From Malacoraja senta (taxonomy: Eukaryota), in contig CM075993.1 in the NCBI GenBank assembly GCA_038087875.1, forward strand, positions 622,001 to 682,000: 60,000 bases of DNA. Reading direction: 5' to 3'. Numbering within the stretch: position 1 is the first letter of the stretch; every line of letters begins with the position of its first letter. Under the pieces are notes generated by a model. It saw only the letters and a program-made list of their open reading frames with translations. It was not told the DNA's origin and made no database searches. Both the position numbers and the translations under genes were made by a program. This document shows, in pieces, positions 49,094 to 60,000 of the stretch.

Positions 49094-49188
49094 CTATCTT
49101 GGGGTTTGCTTTTTGTTCATATCCTCAGCCGTCGACTCTGGTTCCAAGGGCAACGAGGGAGGCTTCTGGACACGAGTCAGACATCCAT
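49094..49188 (-). CDS. BBS4: BBS4 last coding exon
   Basis: ctgcag|AT GGA...AGA TAG; (D)GCLTRVQKPPSLPLEPESTAEDMNKKQTPR*, with the conserved KPPSLPLEPE. Confidence 0.9.
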
Positions 49189-49356
49189 CTGCAGAAAGAA
49201 TCAGCAGTGAGTTGCCGTTAAGCACATGTTGGGGCAAAGGACTGAATGGGCTGCCCTGCCCAACACTGACTGCACTTGGAGAATCTTACTAGCCTGCACT
49301 GTCACACAGACTAACAGCTAGCGAGTGTGTTGTGCAAGAGGAAGCAGTGGTCTTAC

Positions 49357-49555
49357 CTGCCGACAGGTGGATGCTCTTGCTGTAGCCTGCGGCTGACGAC
49401 ATGGCCTGGCCCAGCGCCTGGTTGGAGCCCAGAGGCTGCTGGTTCAGGGTGAGCTTGCTGCCAGGCTTTGTTTTGGTGTTCTTGCCTGGCTTAGTCCAGA
49501 CCAGGTTCTCCCCCACCTGAAGTGCTGCTCCAATCTTCTGAGCCATGTCTACCAA
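49357..49555 (-). CDS. BBS4: BBS4 penultimate coding exon
   Basis: tcacag|TTG GTA...GCA G|gtaaga; [24 protein letters not shown]...[28 protein letters not shown]. Confidence 0.95.
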
Positions 49556-49819
49556 CTGTGAGCAACAGACAGGCATCAAAACCTCAGCTCTCCCCTCCCC
49601 AGAAAAGAGCAAAATAGTTGAAGACTTGATCAGAGCGACATTACTTCTGTGCTTGTTTTGTATACAACTCTTTGTTTTAATGCAGTTACCATGCTGCCCT
49701 ACGACAGTTACCATATGACTCGATGCCTACACCAAGTGCGTGATCTTCCATGATTGGATCAGCTCTGTTTGAATGCATATACAAGGTGCTTTATAAAGAA
49801 TGAGAAAATACTAGCTTAC

Positions 49820-49964
49820 CTCTGGATCAAACTCCAGCGAGCTGCTGCTCTCCTTCAGCCGGTTAACCTTCTTCTCCATTTGCTGATACTGGTACAGAGC
49901 TCCCTTTCGGTCCCCTTGGTTATACATCAGTATTGAATAGTTTAAATTTATCAAAGGGTTTGCC
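49820..49964 (-). CDS. BBS4: BBS4 exon (145 nt)
   Basis: ctgcag|G GCA AAC...CCA GAG|gtaagc; [48 protein letters not shown]. Confidence 0.94.
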
Positions 49965-50395
49965 CTGCAGAGGGAGGTGGTTGAGAAATGGTGAATGGCG
50001 AGCCTGCTTCATGGTTACTCTCTGTGAGATTACTCAATGTGAAACAAGATCAAAGTTCTGACACTGTGTTCAGTAGACTGACAACAATCATCATGGGAAG
50101 AGTAGCCACACAAAAGTAGCCTCACATTCTTATGTGGCAAGAGCATTTAACTGTACCCGCAACAAAACTATTAAATACTGACTTGCTGCAGTTATATAGG
50201 CCCATTAATGCACTAACACAGATAAATATGCAATAATACAATCAATTAATCGTCAGTAATACCTGGTAATAGTGCAAATTATAATGCTTAATACAACCGA
50301 TAACAGAGTCGATAGTGAAGCTTGTTGCTAAGGCAGGTGAATATCACAGGGAAAGGTGGCACTTCATCACAGCCAGAGAACAAAAGCTTTTCACT

Positions 50396-50762
50396 GGTAG
50401 ACACAAAATGCTGGAGTAACTCAGCGGGACAGGCAGCATCTCTGGAGAGAAGGAATGAGTGATGTTTCGGGTCAAGACCCTTCTTCAGACTGATGTCAGG
50501 GTAGTGGGTGGGACAGAGATAGAATGTAGTCAGAGACAGTAAGACTAGTGGGAGAACTGGGAAGGGGGAAGGGATGGAGAGAGAAGAAAGCAAGGGCTAT
50601 CTGAAGTTATAGAAGTCAATGTTCATACCGCTGGGATATAAGCTGCCCAAGTGAAATATGAGGTGCTGTTCCTCCAATTTGCGCTGGGCCTCACTCTGAC
50701 AATGGAGGAGGCCCAGGATAGAAAGTTCAGATTGTGAATGGGAGGGGGAGTTGAAGTGCTGA
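50396..50762 (-). mobile_element. Penelope-like element 3' fragment (GIY-YIG endonuclease C-terminus plus terminal repeat)
   Basis: QHFNSPSHSQSELSILGLLHCQSEAQRKLEEQHLIFHLGSLYPSGMNIDF, followed by the terminal-repeat sequence also seen at ~11911, 20368, 21757, 53334, 55290 and 56449. Confidence 0.8.
50457..50492 (-). ncRNA. Minimal hammerhead ribozyme motif (Penelope type)
   Basis: agt-CTGAAGA-A-GGGTC-tt-GACCC-GAAAC-ATC-act: core boxes, 5-bp stem II, NUH triplet. Confidence 0.7.
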
Positions 50763-51093
50763 AAAACTGTGCCTCGGTACACTATCAATAAGCTAAACTC
50801 AAACGGCAGATCACAGCACACAACAGGAGGTGGTCGACTCCTCCCTGTCCAAGCTTGCAAACACTTTGTTGGAATGGAGAGGTAAACCGAAACAACCTCT
50901 GGCCCAGAGCAAGCCAGCAACTGCTGAAATACCTGTCTGTTCCAGCACACCATTGTGGGCAGGTGCCAAAGCACAAGGAAAACAGAACCTGTAACTTTAC
51001 TGCACAACTCCTCGTCCATTCAGAAAACCTCGTGTGATCAGATGCCACTGAGTCTCTTAAGATCCATCAACTAATTGTCCCTCCGATACTCAC

Positions 51094-51163
51094 TGGTCGA
51101 GATTCACTGCTTGATCGTAAGATCTCTTTGCATTACCAGGATCCTCCAGGTTTGTTAAGGCCA
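51094..51163 (-). CDS. BBS4: BBS4 exon (70 nt)
   Basis: ttgcag|TG GCC...GAC CA|gtgagt; VALTNLEDPGNAKRSYDQAVNLDQ. Confidence 0.94.
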
Positions 51164-51970
51164 CTGCAAATAGAAAAACGTGACAAACTGAACAGCAGCA
51201 GCAAAGTCCCTTCCCATCTCTCTCCCCCCACTCCCCGCCTGTGCCTGTCCCACCACCTGCCCGGCCCAACTCTCCCCTCACCCCCCACCTGCCCAGCCCA
51301 CCTCCCCGCCTGTACCTGTCCCACCACCTGCCCGGCCCAACTCTCCCCCCCCTCCCCACCTGCCCAGCCCACCTCCCCACCTGTGCCTGTCCCACCACCT
51401 GCCCACTCAGTGCTTACTGACAGGTACATTTACATCAAGCCAACCTGTCTAATGTGCTATGTCAGTGCCTTTGATGATTTGCACTCTGGGGTACAACTTA
51501 TCCTGCAACAGATTTTACTGACGTTAAACTTGTTATTAAACAAGGCAAGATAAAATCTATTGTCACAGGGGCTCAGTGTCCCACTGACCAATGGGATGCA
51601 GCTGAACACTTCCTAATCTCTCTACAACACGGTGCCTCCGACAAACATCCCATCACAGTGCAGCCGATCTACAGGACAAATGGGAACATTCATCTGGCTG
51701 TGGTCACTCAGCTGCAGGGTGCAATTATCATTGAGTATTTTCAGAAGCAAAGCTCCACGTTCACCAAAGCATGTGAAAGGGTTATCCCATAATCAACACC
51801 TACCAACCTGCCCCTGCTCTCCCAGTCTATAGCCCTGCTGTACACCAGCACTCTCCCAGTCTATAGCCCTGCTGTACACCAGCACTCTCCCAGTCTATAG
51901 CCTGACCCCTGCTGTAGATCTGGACAAAACTGTAGATCCACAAAACTGGAGGAAAAACAAGTCATGTTCA

Positions 51971-52297
<327 letters not shown>

Positions 52298-53333
52298 TCA
52301 CAGCAACGTCAGTGTGCAAGTCATTAACATTGCCTGAATCAAGATGCAAGTACAACTCATGCAAAATCAACCCAAGGTTGCTGGATTTGCAGATATCTCA
52401 GTGATGGGTGGAGGATTGTGAAGCAGACACCAGGTATGTAGGTCGGCAAAGATCTGGCAAATGGTGAATAAACGGGCCATTGGTAAGTGTAGATGCTGGG
52501 GCAGTTGATGTGGGGATATTAGATTACAGAGAACACGGTGAAAGAACGGATTTGCTCTTTGAGTTAGCACAGGCACAATGGGCCAAATTGCCTCCTTTTA
52601 TGCCATGGTGCAGATGTGAATGGCCTGCTGAGGGTGAAGTACCCAGTGTCACATTATGGTCAGGATTCAGTGACATTTTGCTCCTGTGCTGTGAAAAATG
52701 TTGCTGATTTTAATCTGGAGTTTTGGGAATGTCAGTTTTGGGAATGTCAGTTTTTGCTACCCACATCTGACCGCAGTGCCCAGCAAGCTACCGACAACAC
52801 CAGATTCCAACTGTTGTCAGGGAGCTGGCATTTAGAAGTATCGCTGTAACACTGGGTGCCCTGAGCTGTCCTGTAAACTGGCTAGCCACTGTGCTGCATC
52901 GCCCCAGAGTGAGGACACCTGTTTCTACTGGGGTGGTACAGACTGTAGACAGCAGAGACAGACACAAGGATTTTGGATCAGCAGTGAATAGAGACAATGC
53001 TGGAAAACTCAACATCTATGGGAGGAGAAACAGTCAACATTATAGGTTGAAAACCCTTCATTGTGATTCTGTTTTTGCTGACTTTCGAAGACGTGGACAA
53101 ATTATGTGATCAGGTCGGTGGAAAGGTGTTGCTGCCTGTCAATGCGACCATCAGCAGGTGTGGTCACAGGTAGGGGATGGCACTTTATTTGTCACGTGTA
53201 CTGAGGTACCGTGAAAATACAGCTCAGTACAAACATCACTATACATAAGCAGTTAGATACATCTTAGAGCAGCATCTCAGATACAGTACCAGTGTATAGC
53301 AGTGGTATACTGAGACAGTGTTACACAGTCGTG

Positions 53334-53512
53334 TAGGAAGGAACTGCACATGCTGATTTAAACCGAAGATAGATACAAAATGCTGGAGTAACTCAGGCAT
53401 TTTGGGTCCGAAAAAGGGTCTCGACCCGAACGTCACCCATTCCTTCTCTCCAGAGATGCTGCCTGCCTGTCTGTCCCGCTGAGTTACTCCAGCATTTAGT
53501 GTCTACCTTCAG
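53334..53512. mobile_element. Penelope-derived fold-back terminal repeat with degenerate hammerhead
   Basis: Same family; loop contains CCGAAAAAGGGTCTCGACCCGAACGTC (core mutated). Confidence 0.7.
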
Positions 53513-53644
53513 TATAGTCGCCAGTATACAGTTTGGCTCCATTTTCACAGGAGCAGAGTAACTGTTGCTCACTAGAAGCTCATAACCACAGAGTGGAGCC
53601 AATCCCAGCCTCCCTGCTGATCCATCGCTCATCGACATACTTAC

Positions 53645-53798
53645 TGCGACGTATTTCTTCTTGCCGAAGAAAACACATTCCAATGTTATTCCACAGGGGC
53701 GGGCTCTCAGGGATGGCATGGGCCGCTATTCTGTACTTGCTCAATGCCACGTCATAGTCATTGTGAGACTGCATCATGCTGCCTGCAGCCAGGATGGC
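53645..53798 (-). CDS. BBS4: BBS4 exon with apparent +1 frameshift at 53670-53673
   Basis: gttcag|GCC ATC...; [42 protein letters not shown], then the frame shifts to FFGKKKYVA|gtaagt; 154 nt where a multiple of 3 is required. Confidence 0.92.
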
Positions 53799-54515
53799 CT
53801 GAACACAACAAACAGGAGCCTAGAATTACACTGCACACCTCAAGTAACACAAAGATCTAACACAACGGGTGGAGCTGTTGTCTCACAGCCCCACAGATTC
53901 AATTGGGTGCTGATGGTATAGAGTTTGCACATTCTCCCTGAGACCGGCTGGGTTTCCTACCACATAACAAAGATGTGCGGGATTGGAGGTTAATTTGCCT
54001 CTGTGAATTGGCCCAGTGTGTAGAGTGGGATAACATAGAACTAGTGTGAAAGGGTGACTAATAATCAGCATGGACTGGGTGGGCTGAAGGGCCTTTCCAT
54101 GCTGTTTCTCTAAACCTAAAACCAAATGTAGTTACCAGAGCAAGTCATCTTGATTAAACGGCCTTGATGTTGTTGAGTAAACAGCCACCGTGCACAGTAT
54201 CTTAACCTGCCATGTTCAATATCCTCAGCCCCATGCTCAGATCCCTAATTTCCCCAAAACTGAACAGGAGGATCTGCTGGGATTACACATACACTTGCTC
54301 AATCATTGCACACATTCCCGAGAGCACTAGAGAGGCTGCACAGACAAGGACAGGCTTCTCAATGTTAAATACTTTGATAAAAATAGCATTTCCCATGACA
54401 GAGGGGTCAGTAATTAGCAGATTCAAGTTAATTAGTCAACTCCTGCAATGTAAACTTCCAATTACAAAGTCAACCAAGTGAATCTTTGCTCTCCCATCCA
54501 AGGTAAATCTGTGGT

Positions 54516-54700
54516 ACGGACACCCCACAGCACCTCACGGACACCCCACAGCACCTCACGGACACCCCACAGCACCTCACGGACACCCCACGGACACCCC
54601 ACAGACACCCCACGGACACCCCACAGACACCCCACAGACACCCCACAGACACCCCACAGACACCCCACAGCACCTCACGGACACCCCACAGAAACCCCAC
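54516..54700. repeat. 11/22-bp minisatellite
   Basis: acggacaccccacagcacctc / acagacacccc repeats. Confidence 0.85.
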
Positions 54701-55154
54701 AAGTCCAGGCTGACTCGTATTCAAGCTTCAAATATCGTTTGACTTTTCCAATCTCTCACCAATGCGAATGATGTGACATTTTCCTCATTATGTTCCACCT
54801 GCCAACTCCAGCCCGGTCCTGTTAGAATGTACTCTGTACCACTTTGTAACATGAACATGAATTTACAGCTTCCTCTAGTCTGCGCGTTCCCAGCACAACA
54901 TTGCAGTTAGACACTTCCAGTGGGGAGTTCCCATTGAGGCAACACTGTCCGTAGGTTTTCTCCTCTATGCCAATGACCAGCCCTTTCATGAAGTTCTCAA
55001 TGGAAACACAAGACATCGCAGTTGTGGACCTCTCCTTAATGGGATTGTTCAGCAATAAACATTTATTGTAACTTAGTTAAGGGAGAAAGTCTGTTAAATG
55101 ATTGAATCTTATGAAGTTTCACAGCAGGTTCTATTCAAACAGATTAATCAGTAC

Positions 55155-55223
55155 CTTGTAATTGTTGGGGTTGTAGGTGAGAGCATTTCCTAGATGCTCA
55201 AAAGCTTTCTGGTATACTCCAAG
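55155..55223 (-). CDS. BBS4: BBS4 exon (69 nt)
   Basis: tttcag|CTT GGA...TAC AAG|gtactg; [23 protein letters not shown]. Confidence 0.95.
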
Positions 55224-56043
55224 CTGAAAGCCAGAAACATTTTTACATTCAGTCTTAATAAAATGTATAAACAATGTGACAGCATTATTGTGTAGAAGGA
55301 ACTGCAGATGCTGGTTTAAAACCAAAGATAAAGACACAAAAAGCTGCAGTAACTCAGCGGGTCAGACTGCATCTCTGGAGAAAAGGAATAGGTGACGATT
55401 TTCTTCAGACTGGAGAGTCAGGGAAAAGGGAAACGAGAGATATGGACAGTGATGTAGAGAAATGTATAACAAATGAAAGATATGCAAAAAGTAATGATGA
55501 TAAAGGAAACAGGCCATTAGCTGTGTGCTAGGTGAGAACGAGTAGAGAATGGGACTCAACAAGACCACTTTGAAGCTGGTTCCCAGAACCCGCCCTATAC
55601 CAAGTCGACACGACTGCATTTTTCTCTGCTCTTCATCAGAGCATCGTCAGCATGAGGAGCAGTGAGATCACCCTTCACAACCCGACAGTAAAGGCCACAG
55701 GTAAATACACTGGAGACAAGGTGTGCAAACGGACCGGGGGGGGGGGGGGGGGGGCTGCGTGGCCCAGAGACGGGCACTAACACAGTGTGGACTGCGTGGC
55801 CACGAGACGGGCACTAACACAATGTGGGCAGCATATGTGAGCAGTGTGTAAACATACCATGCCATAACCGAGCAATCACATTTTAGTAAACTCGATCTTC
55901 CTCAAAGCTTTTAAATGTTGTTTGAAAATTTCACACAAATGTTTTCTGACAAACACAGGCAGTGGCTTTGTTAACAAGGACAGGGAAAATGGTTAAAGCC
56001 AAGTGGTCGCATGGAGAGTTTACAACACAAAATGGAACTTTAC

Positions 56044-56098
56044 CTGCAAGTACAGTAAGCCCAGAGTTGTCAATAGCTCAGCATTTTCAGGTGAATAC
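56044..56098 (-). CDS. BBS4: BBS4 exon (55 nt)
   Basis: ctacag|G TAT TCA...TTG CAG|gtaaag; YSPENAELLTTLGLLYLQ. Confidence 0.93.
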
Positions 56099-56448
56099 CT
56101 GTAGGAAGGAATGGCAGAGTTAAAAGAAACTAATAACCTCAAAAACTACAGATACTGGAAATAAAAAAGATATTGGGGGTATTGAGCAGATGTGGCAGCA
56201 GATGTCCAGAAGAGAAACTGAATTGATCATTAGAATGAGAAGAAGGGTTATTGGGCAGACATGATCATTCTGTTTCTCTCTCAGTATGGTCAAAGTCTTT
56301 GCTTGGATATTCTCCCCAAATGATGCTCCACTCTGCTTATCCTCTACGGTTTGCTGGTTTCACCACAGATAACTGACCGCCACCTGTTCTCTCCCCCCAG
56401 CTACGATGTTTTGTCAAGTTTCCATTGCGAAATTCATGAAAGGGCTAA

Positions 56449-56483
56449 AGTCTGAAGAAGGGTCTCGACCAGAAACGTCACCC
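56449..56483 (+). ncRNA. Minimal hammerhead ribozyme motif (Penelope type)
   Basis: agt-CTGAAGA-A-GGGTC-tc-GACCA-GAAAC-GTC-accc. Confidence 0.65.
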
Positions 56484-57008
56484 ATTCCTTCTCTCCAGAG
56501 ATGTTGCCTGTCCCGCTAAGTTACTCCAGCATTTTGTGTCTATCTTTGGTTTAAACCAGCATCTGCAGTTCCTTCCTACACAGCCCCCCCCCCCCCCCAG
56601 CTCATCTGGTTAGCAGTCTTTGGAGACCAACCTCCAGCTATATCCCAACTTCCCTGATCTCTCCACCTTCCCACTTCTCTCCAAACTCTCTTCACTTCAA
56701 TCAACACACTGAGAAATCTCACATTACTAACCCTAACCCTCTGCCACTTCTTCTACTGTGCCCATTTAACTGTTATTATCCCTTATCATGTATCTATACA
56801 CAGTAGTTGTAATCATGCATTGTCTTTTTGCTGACTGGTTAGCACGAAACAAAAGCTTTTCACTGTACCTCGGTACACGTGACAATAAACTAAACTCAAC
56901 TGAACATGGCTCCCACTGTGCTCTGCATTATTTCCTTCAGACATCAAAACCAATGCATCATTGTAGAATGAATGAAATAATCACAATTCATCACGGTTCC
57001 ACACTTAC

Positions 57009-57136
57009 TCCACTGCTTTCTTATAAATCTCCACGGCCCCTTCGGTGTTTCCCTCTAGCAGGTAAAGTTTCCCAAACACCACGAAGGTCAGATCATGTTT
57101 GCTGCTTTGTAGTGCACAGTTCAGATGTACCTTGGC
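57009..57136 (-). CDS. BBS4: BBS4 TPR exon (128 nt)
   Basis: ccacag|GCC AAG...GTG GA|gtaagt; AKVHLNCALQSSKHDLTFVVFGKLYLLEGNTEGAVEIYKKAVE. Confidence 0.93.
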
Positions 57137-57397
57137 CTGTGGACACAGAAACATGAGCATAAGGGACAGGAGCAGGGGTAGGGGTGGGCTAACCAGCCCG
57201 AGCCGGCCCTGCCATAACACCTGATCTGTAACATCTGCCCTCCATGCACTGCTGTAAGAAACCATCACAAATGTACCCTCGAAATATATCCCCAATACCC
57301 ATGTCAAGTTGATTTGAAAAATCTAAATGATGGTTGTGATTTTCATGAATATATGGCAGTAACTTTCCTGTTTCCCCCCACATTTACTGAGTTATAT

Positions 57398-57513
57398 TCT
57401 GGTCTACAGGATAGATAGTTGGTGTTTGGGGGTTTACATTCTTTGTCACAGTGAACTCTGGTCTACAGGATAGATAGTTGGTGTTTGGGGGTTTACATTC
57501 TTTGTCACAGTGA
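57398..57513. repeat. ~59-bp tandem duplication
   Basis: tctggtctacaggatagatagttggtgtttgggggtttacattctttgtcacagtga occurs twice. Confidence 0.9.
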
Positions 57514-60000
57514 TCTTACCCTTCCTATACTTTTCTCAGACCGATCATAGCATGTTCCTTTCTGCAGTCAGTTTCCTCGTTATCCAAATATGGCAAAGTT
57601 CTTTAACTGCATGTTAGCCACATTTCAGATCAAACCCTCCAGAGATGTGCCCAATATTCTGACAGCCTTTTGTTATGACCTTGTTAATCTGCACCACTTC
57701 AAAATCAAGGACACAAATGATATGTTACATATTCTACAGCAAAGATTAACGAGTCCTTTAGCCTTCCCTGCAACCAGTGCCTTGATACCCAGGACTGATC
57801 CCTGCTGAATATCCGTAATTTAAATGTGAACTGAAAGATACAAACCATTGAGGGTTATGAGCCAAATGCAGGCAAATGGGCCCATGGGCCTGTTTCCGTG
57901 CTGCTCTATAACGACACAACCGAATATAGACAGTGTAGTTTTAGGCTGGCATTCTCAAATTCATCCCCTAATACAACAATATAATTACACTCACAATAAT
58001 AAGAATTGGCCATCCTTCCTACCTACTTCATTAGCATACTAGCCCAAAGGGAAACAAAATCTCATTATTGTTAATCATTTTCCCATCTTGTACTGGACAT
58101 GGACCTGTGGGATGAACCATCTGGAACAGACTGGCTGTTGTACAATTCACTCCCGATGCCTTGGCATGAATCCAGGAGCCAAGGTTTCAGCAATGTAAAA
58201 GCAGTAGCTCTTCTTGCACGGCATCCTGTCTGGTCCAGGTTCACTCATTTTCTCCTGTCTATCTTGCTGCAAGGATGCCCAGATCCTCTCCTTCCTCCAG
58301 ACGGCAGTGTACCCTCTGGTAATTACCCTTCACTTCGAGTCCTTTTAAACTAACCTCACCATCTTTGTGCTTTTAATAATCAGATACTTAAGTGCCCTTC
58401 AGGAAGTAAAACTATACAAGATGTCTCTCGGGAACATTAACAATGGATACTGGGGTATCTAACAATTTGTCAGTAATAACAAAAGATGCTGGAAATATTC
58501 AGGTCAAGCCACATCTGTGGGAAGAGAAAGGTGACGTTTTAGGTTGAAGATGTTTCATCAGAATTGGGAAAGAGGCAAAGATGTTTGTGAAGCTTCAGGA
58601 AGGAACGATGTCTATGATAGGTAAATCTTGAGTTTCCATTGGGGTAAGCTGTGAGGAAGCAGTTAGTGAGTGAGAACAGAGGCAGGTCAGACAGGGCATG
58701 TCTGCAACTCAGAGGGGGAAATTAATATTAAAGTTATAAGTATATTACGACAGGTGACTAATAGCTCGGGCAAGAGGTGGATTTAGGCAGCCTCATAATG
58801 GAAGAGATAGGGAGATTTTGTGAAGGAATTTAAGGGAACATAGTCCAGGCATCATAGTCCAAGCTTCCAATGGACGTGCAGTTAATAACAAACAGAATGT
58901 GGATCAAAGTTAGAAACTGCAGAATTGTGCTGATACTGGAGTTAAATAGACAAGATGCAATCAACGCACGATCACACTCTGGGTCTCACGTGATCCTCAC
59001 GCCACTAAATCACTTACCTTCCAGCCGTCATATCCCGAAGGCTGAAGGGAGCTAATCTGCGGGCTTGCTGAAGATGCAGCTCATGGTGCACAGAAGATAT
59101 TTTGGCTCCCCATTTAGTCCATGAAGCCAGTGCGCCACTGACATATACTGTGGACGGTCAGCACCACAAGTCCCTTAACCTCAGTACCGTTACCCAACAC
59201 AGATCCCTCACTTAGTTTTGTAATATCCAAATGGCAGGAAAGTGTTAAAAATCAGGTTGGAAGCATTGGCAATCATGTTGAGCCAGAAGTACTGAGATAA
59301 CAATGCGTCTCACCTTCATCAGAGACCAGTGGCAGACAGTCACTACCTTTCTAGATGGTTTTAAGGTGAGAGCTCAAAGTCTAAAGGAGATGTGCGGGGC
59401 AGCTTTTATTTTACACACAGAGGGTGGTGAGTGCCTGGAACATGCTGCTAGGGTTGGTGGTCGAGGCCAATATAATAGTGGAATTTAAGAAACATTTGGA
59501 TAGGCACGTGGATATGCAGGGAATTGAGGGATATGGATTATGTGCAGGTAGATAAGAGGTAGTTTGGCATCATATTTTGCACAGACGTTGTAGGCCAAAG
59601 CCTGTTTTTGTGTTCTAATTTCCCTTTTCTAGCTTGCAGTTAACGCCGCACTTTCCCACTAGGGGACGCCGTTTCTCCGAACTTACACCATCAGTTTTTT
59701 TCAATATTTTCAATATTCTTGAGTCAGTATAAAGAAAGGCCTTCAGGTCCACAACATTCATGTTGACCATCCAAGTTCCAATTATTCTTGCAGTTTTCTA
59801 AACAATAACTTCATGACATATAAAGACAAGCTAATTTAATACAGAAGGCATGACATTTTACTTTGCATCCAATCCATGGTGTTTCTCTTCTGGAAGTGTT
59901 TGATGGGATAGTATAGACGTTTTGTTGCTTATCTAACCCTTGCTGTCCCTGCCATGGGAGTGTTTGACTGGACAATGCAGAGGCAGTATCCATCTCATGC

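Noticed and set aside
56725..56740. CTAACCCTAACCCT telomere-like motif
   Set aside because: Only about two units; expected by chance
59010..59100. Strong minus-strand donor (AAG|GTAAGT) as a possible upstream BBS4 exon
   Set aside because: Upstream sequence does not translate to the expected BBS4 peptide (EISHNLGVCY...); the next exon is probably beyond the window

Overview
Eukaryotic (vertebrate) genomic DNA. The repeat content (HER1/CR1-type LINEs, HE1/V-SINE-like SINEs, Penelope-like elements) suggests a cartilaginous fish, probably a skate or ray; this is inferred. The + strand carries the 3' part of neogenin (NEO1): about 22 coding exons from 2909 to the stop at 40405, covering the Ig4-FN1 linker, six FNIII repeats, the TM helix and the cytoplasmic P1-P3 motifs. 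The - strand carries the last nine coding exons of BBS4 (57136 down to the stop at 49094), tail-to-tail with NEO1. Introns and the intergenic region hold two near-full-length CR1 LINEs sharing an internal ORF2 deletion, a 3.3 kb TIR/TSD-bounded Academ-like DNA transposon remnant, L2 and Rex1 fragments, SINEs, Penelope-like pieces with minimal hammerhead ribozyme motifs, and many minisatellites. Main points of interest: (1) all four alternatively spliced regions known from mammalian NEO1 are recognisable, each with a NOVA-type YCAY cluster; (2) at two of them the homology-predicted acceptor reads TG rather than AG, with an in-frame CAG exactly 9 nt downstream; (3) NEO1 and BBS4 each have a single +1 frameshift, probably an assembly error; (4) the NEO1/BBS4 arrangement differs from human. 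Orthologue comparisons are from memory, not database searches. No prokaryote-type system such as CRISPR is present.
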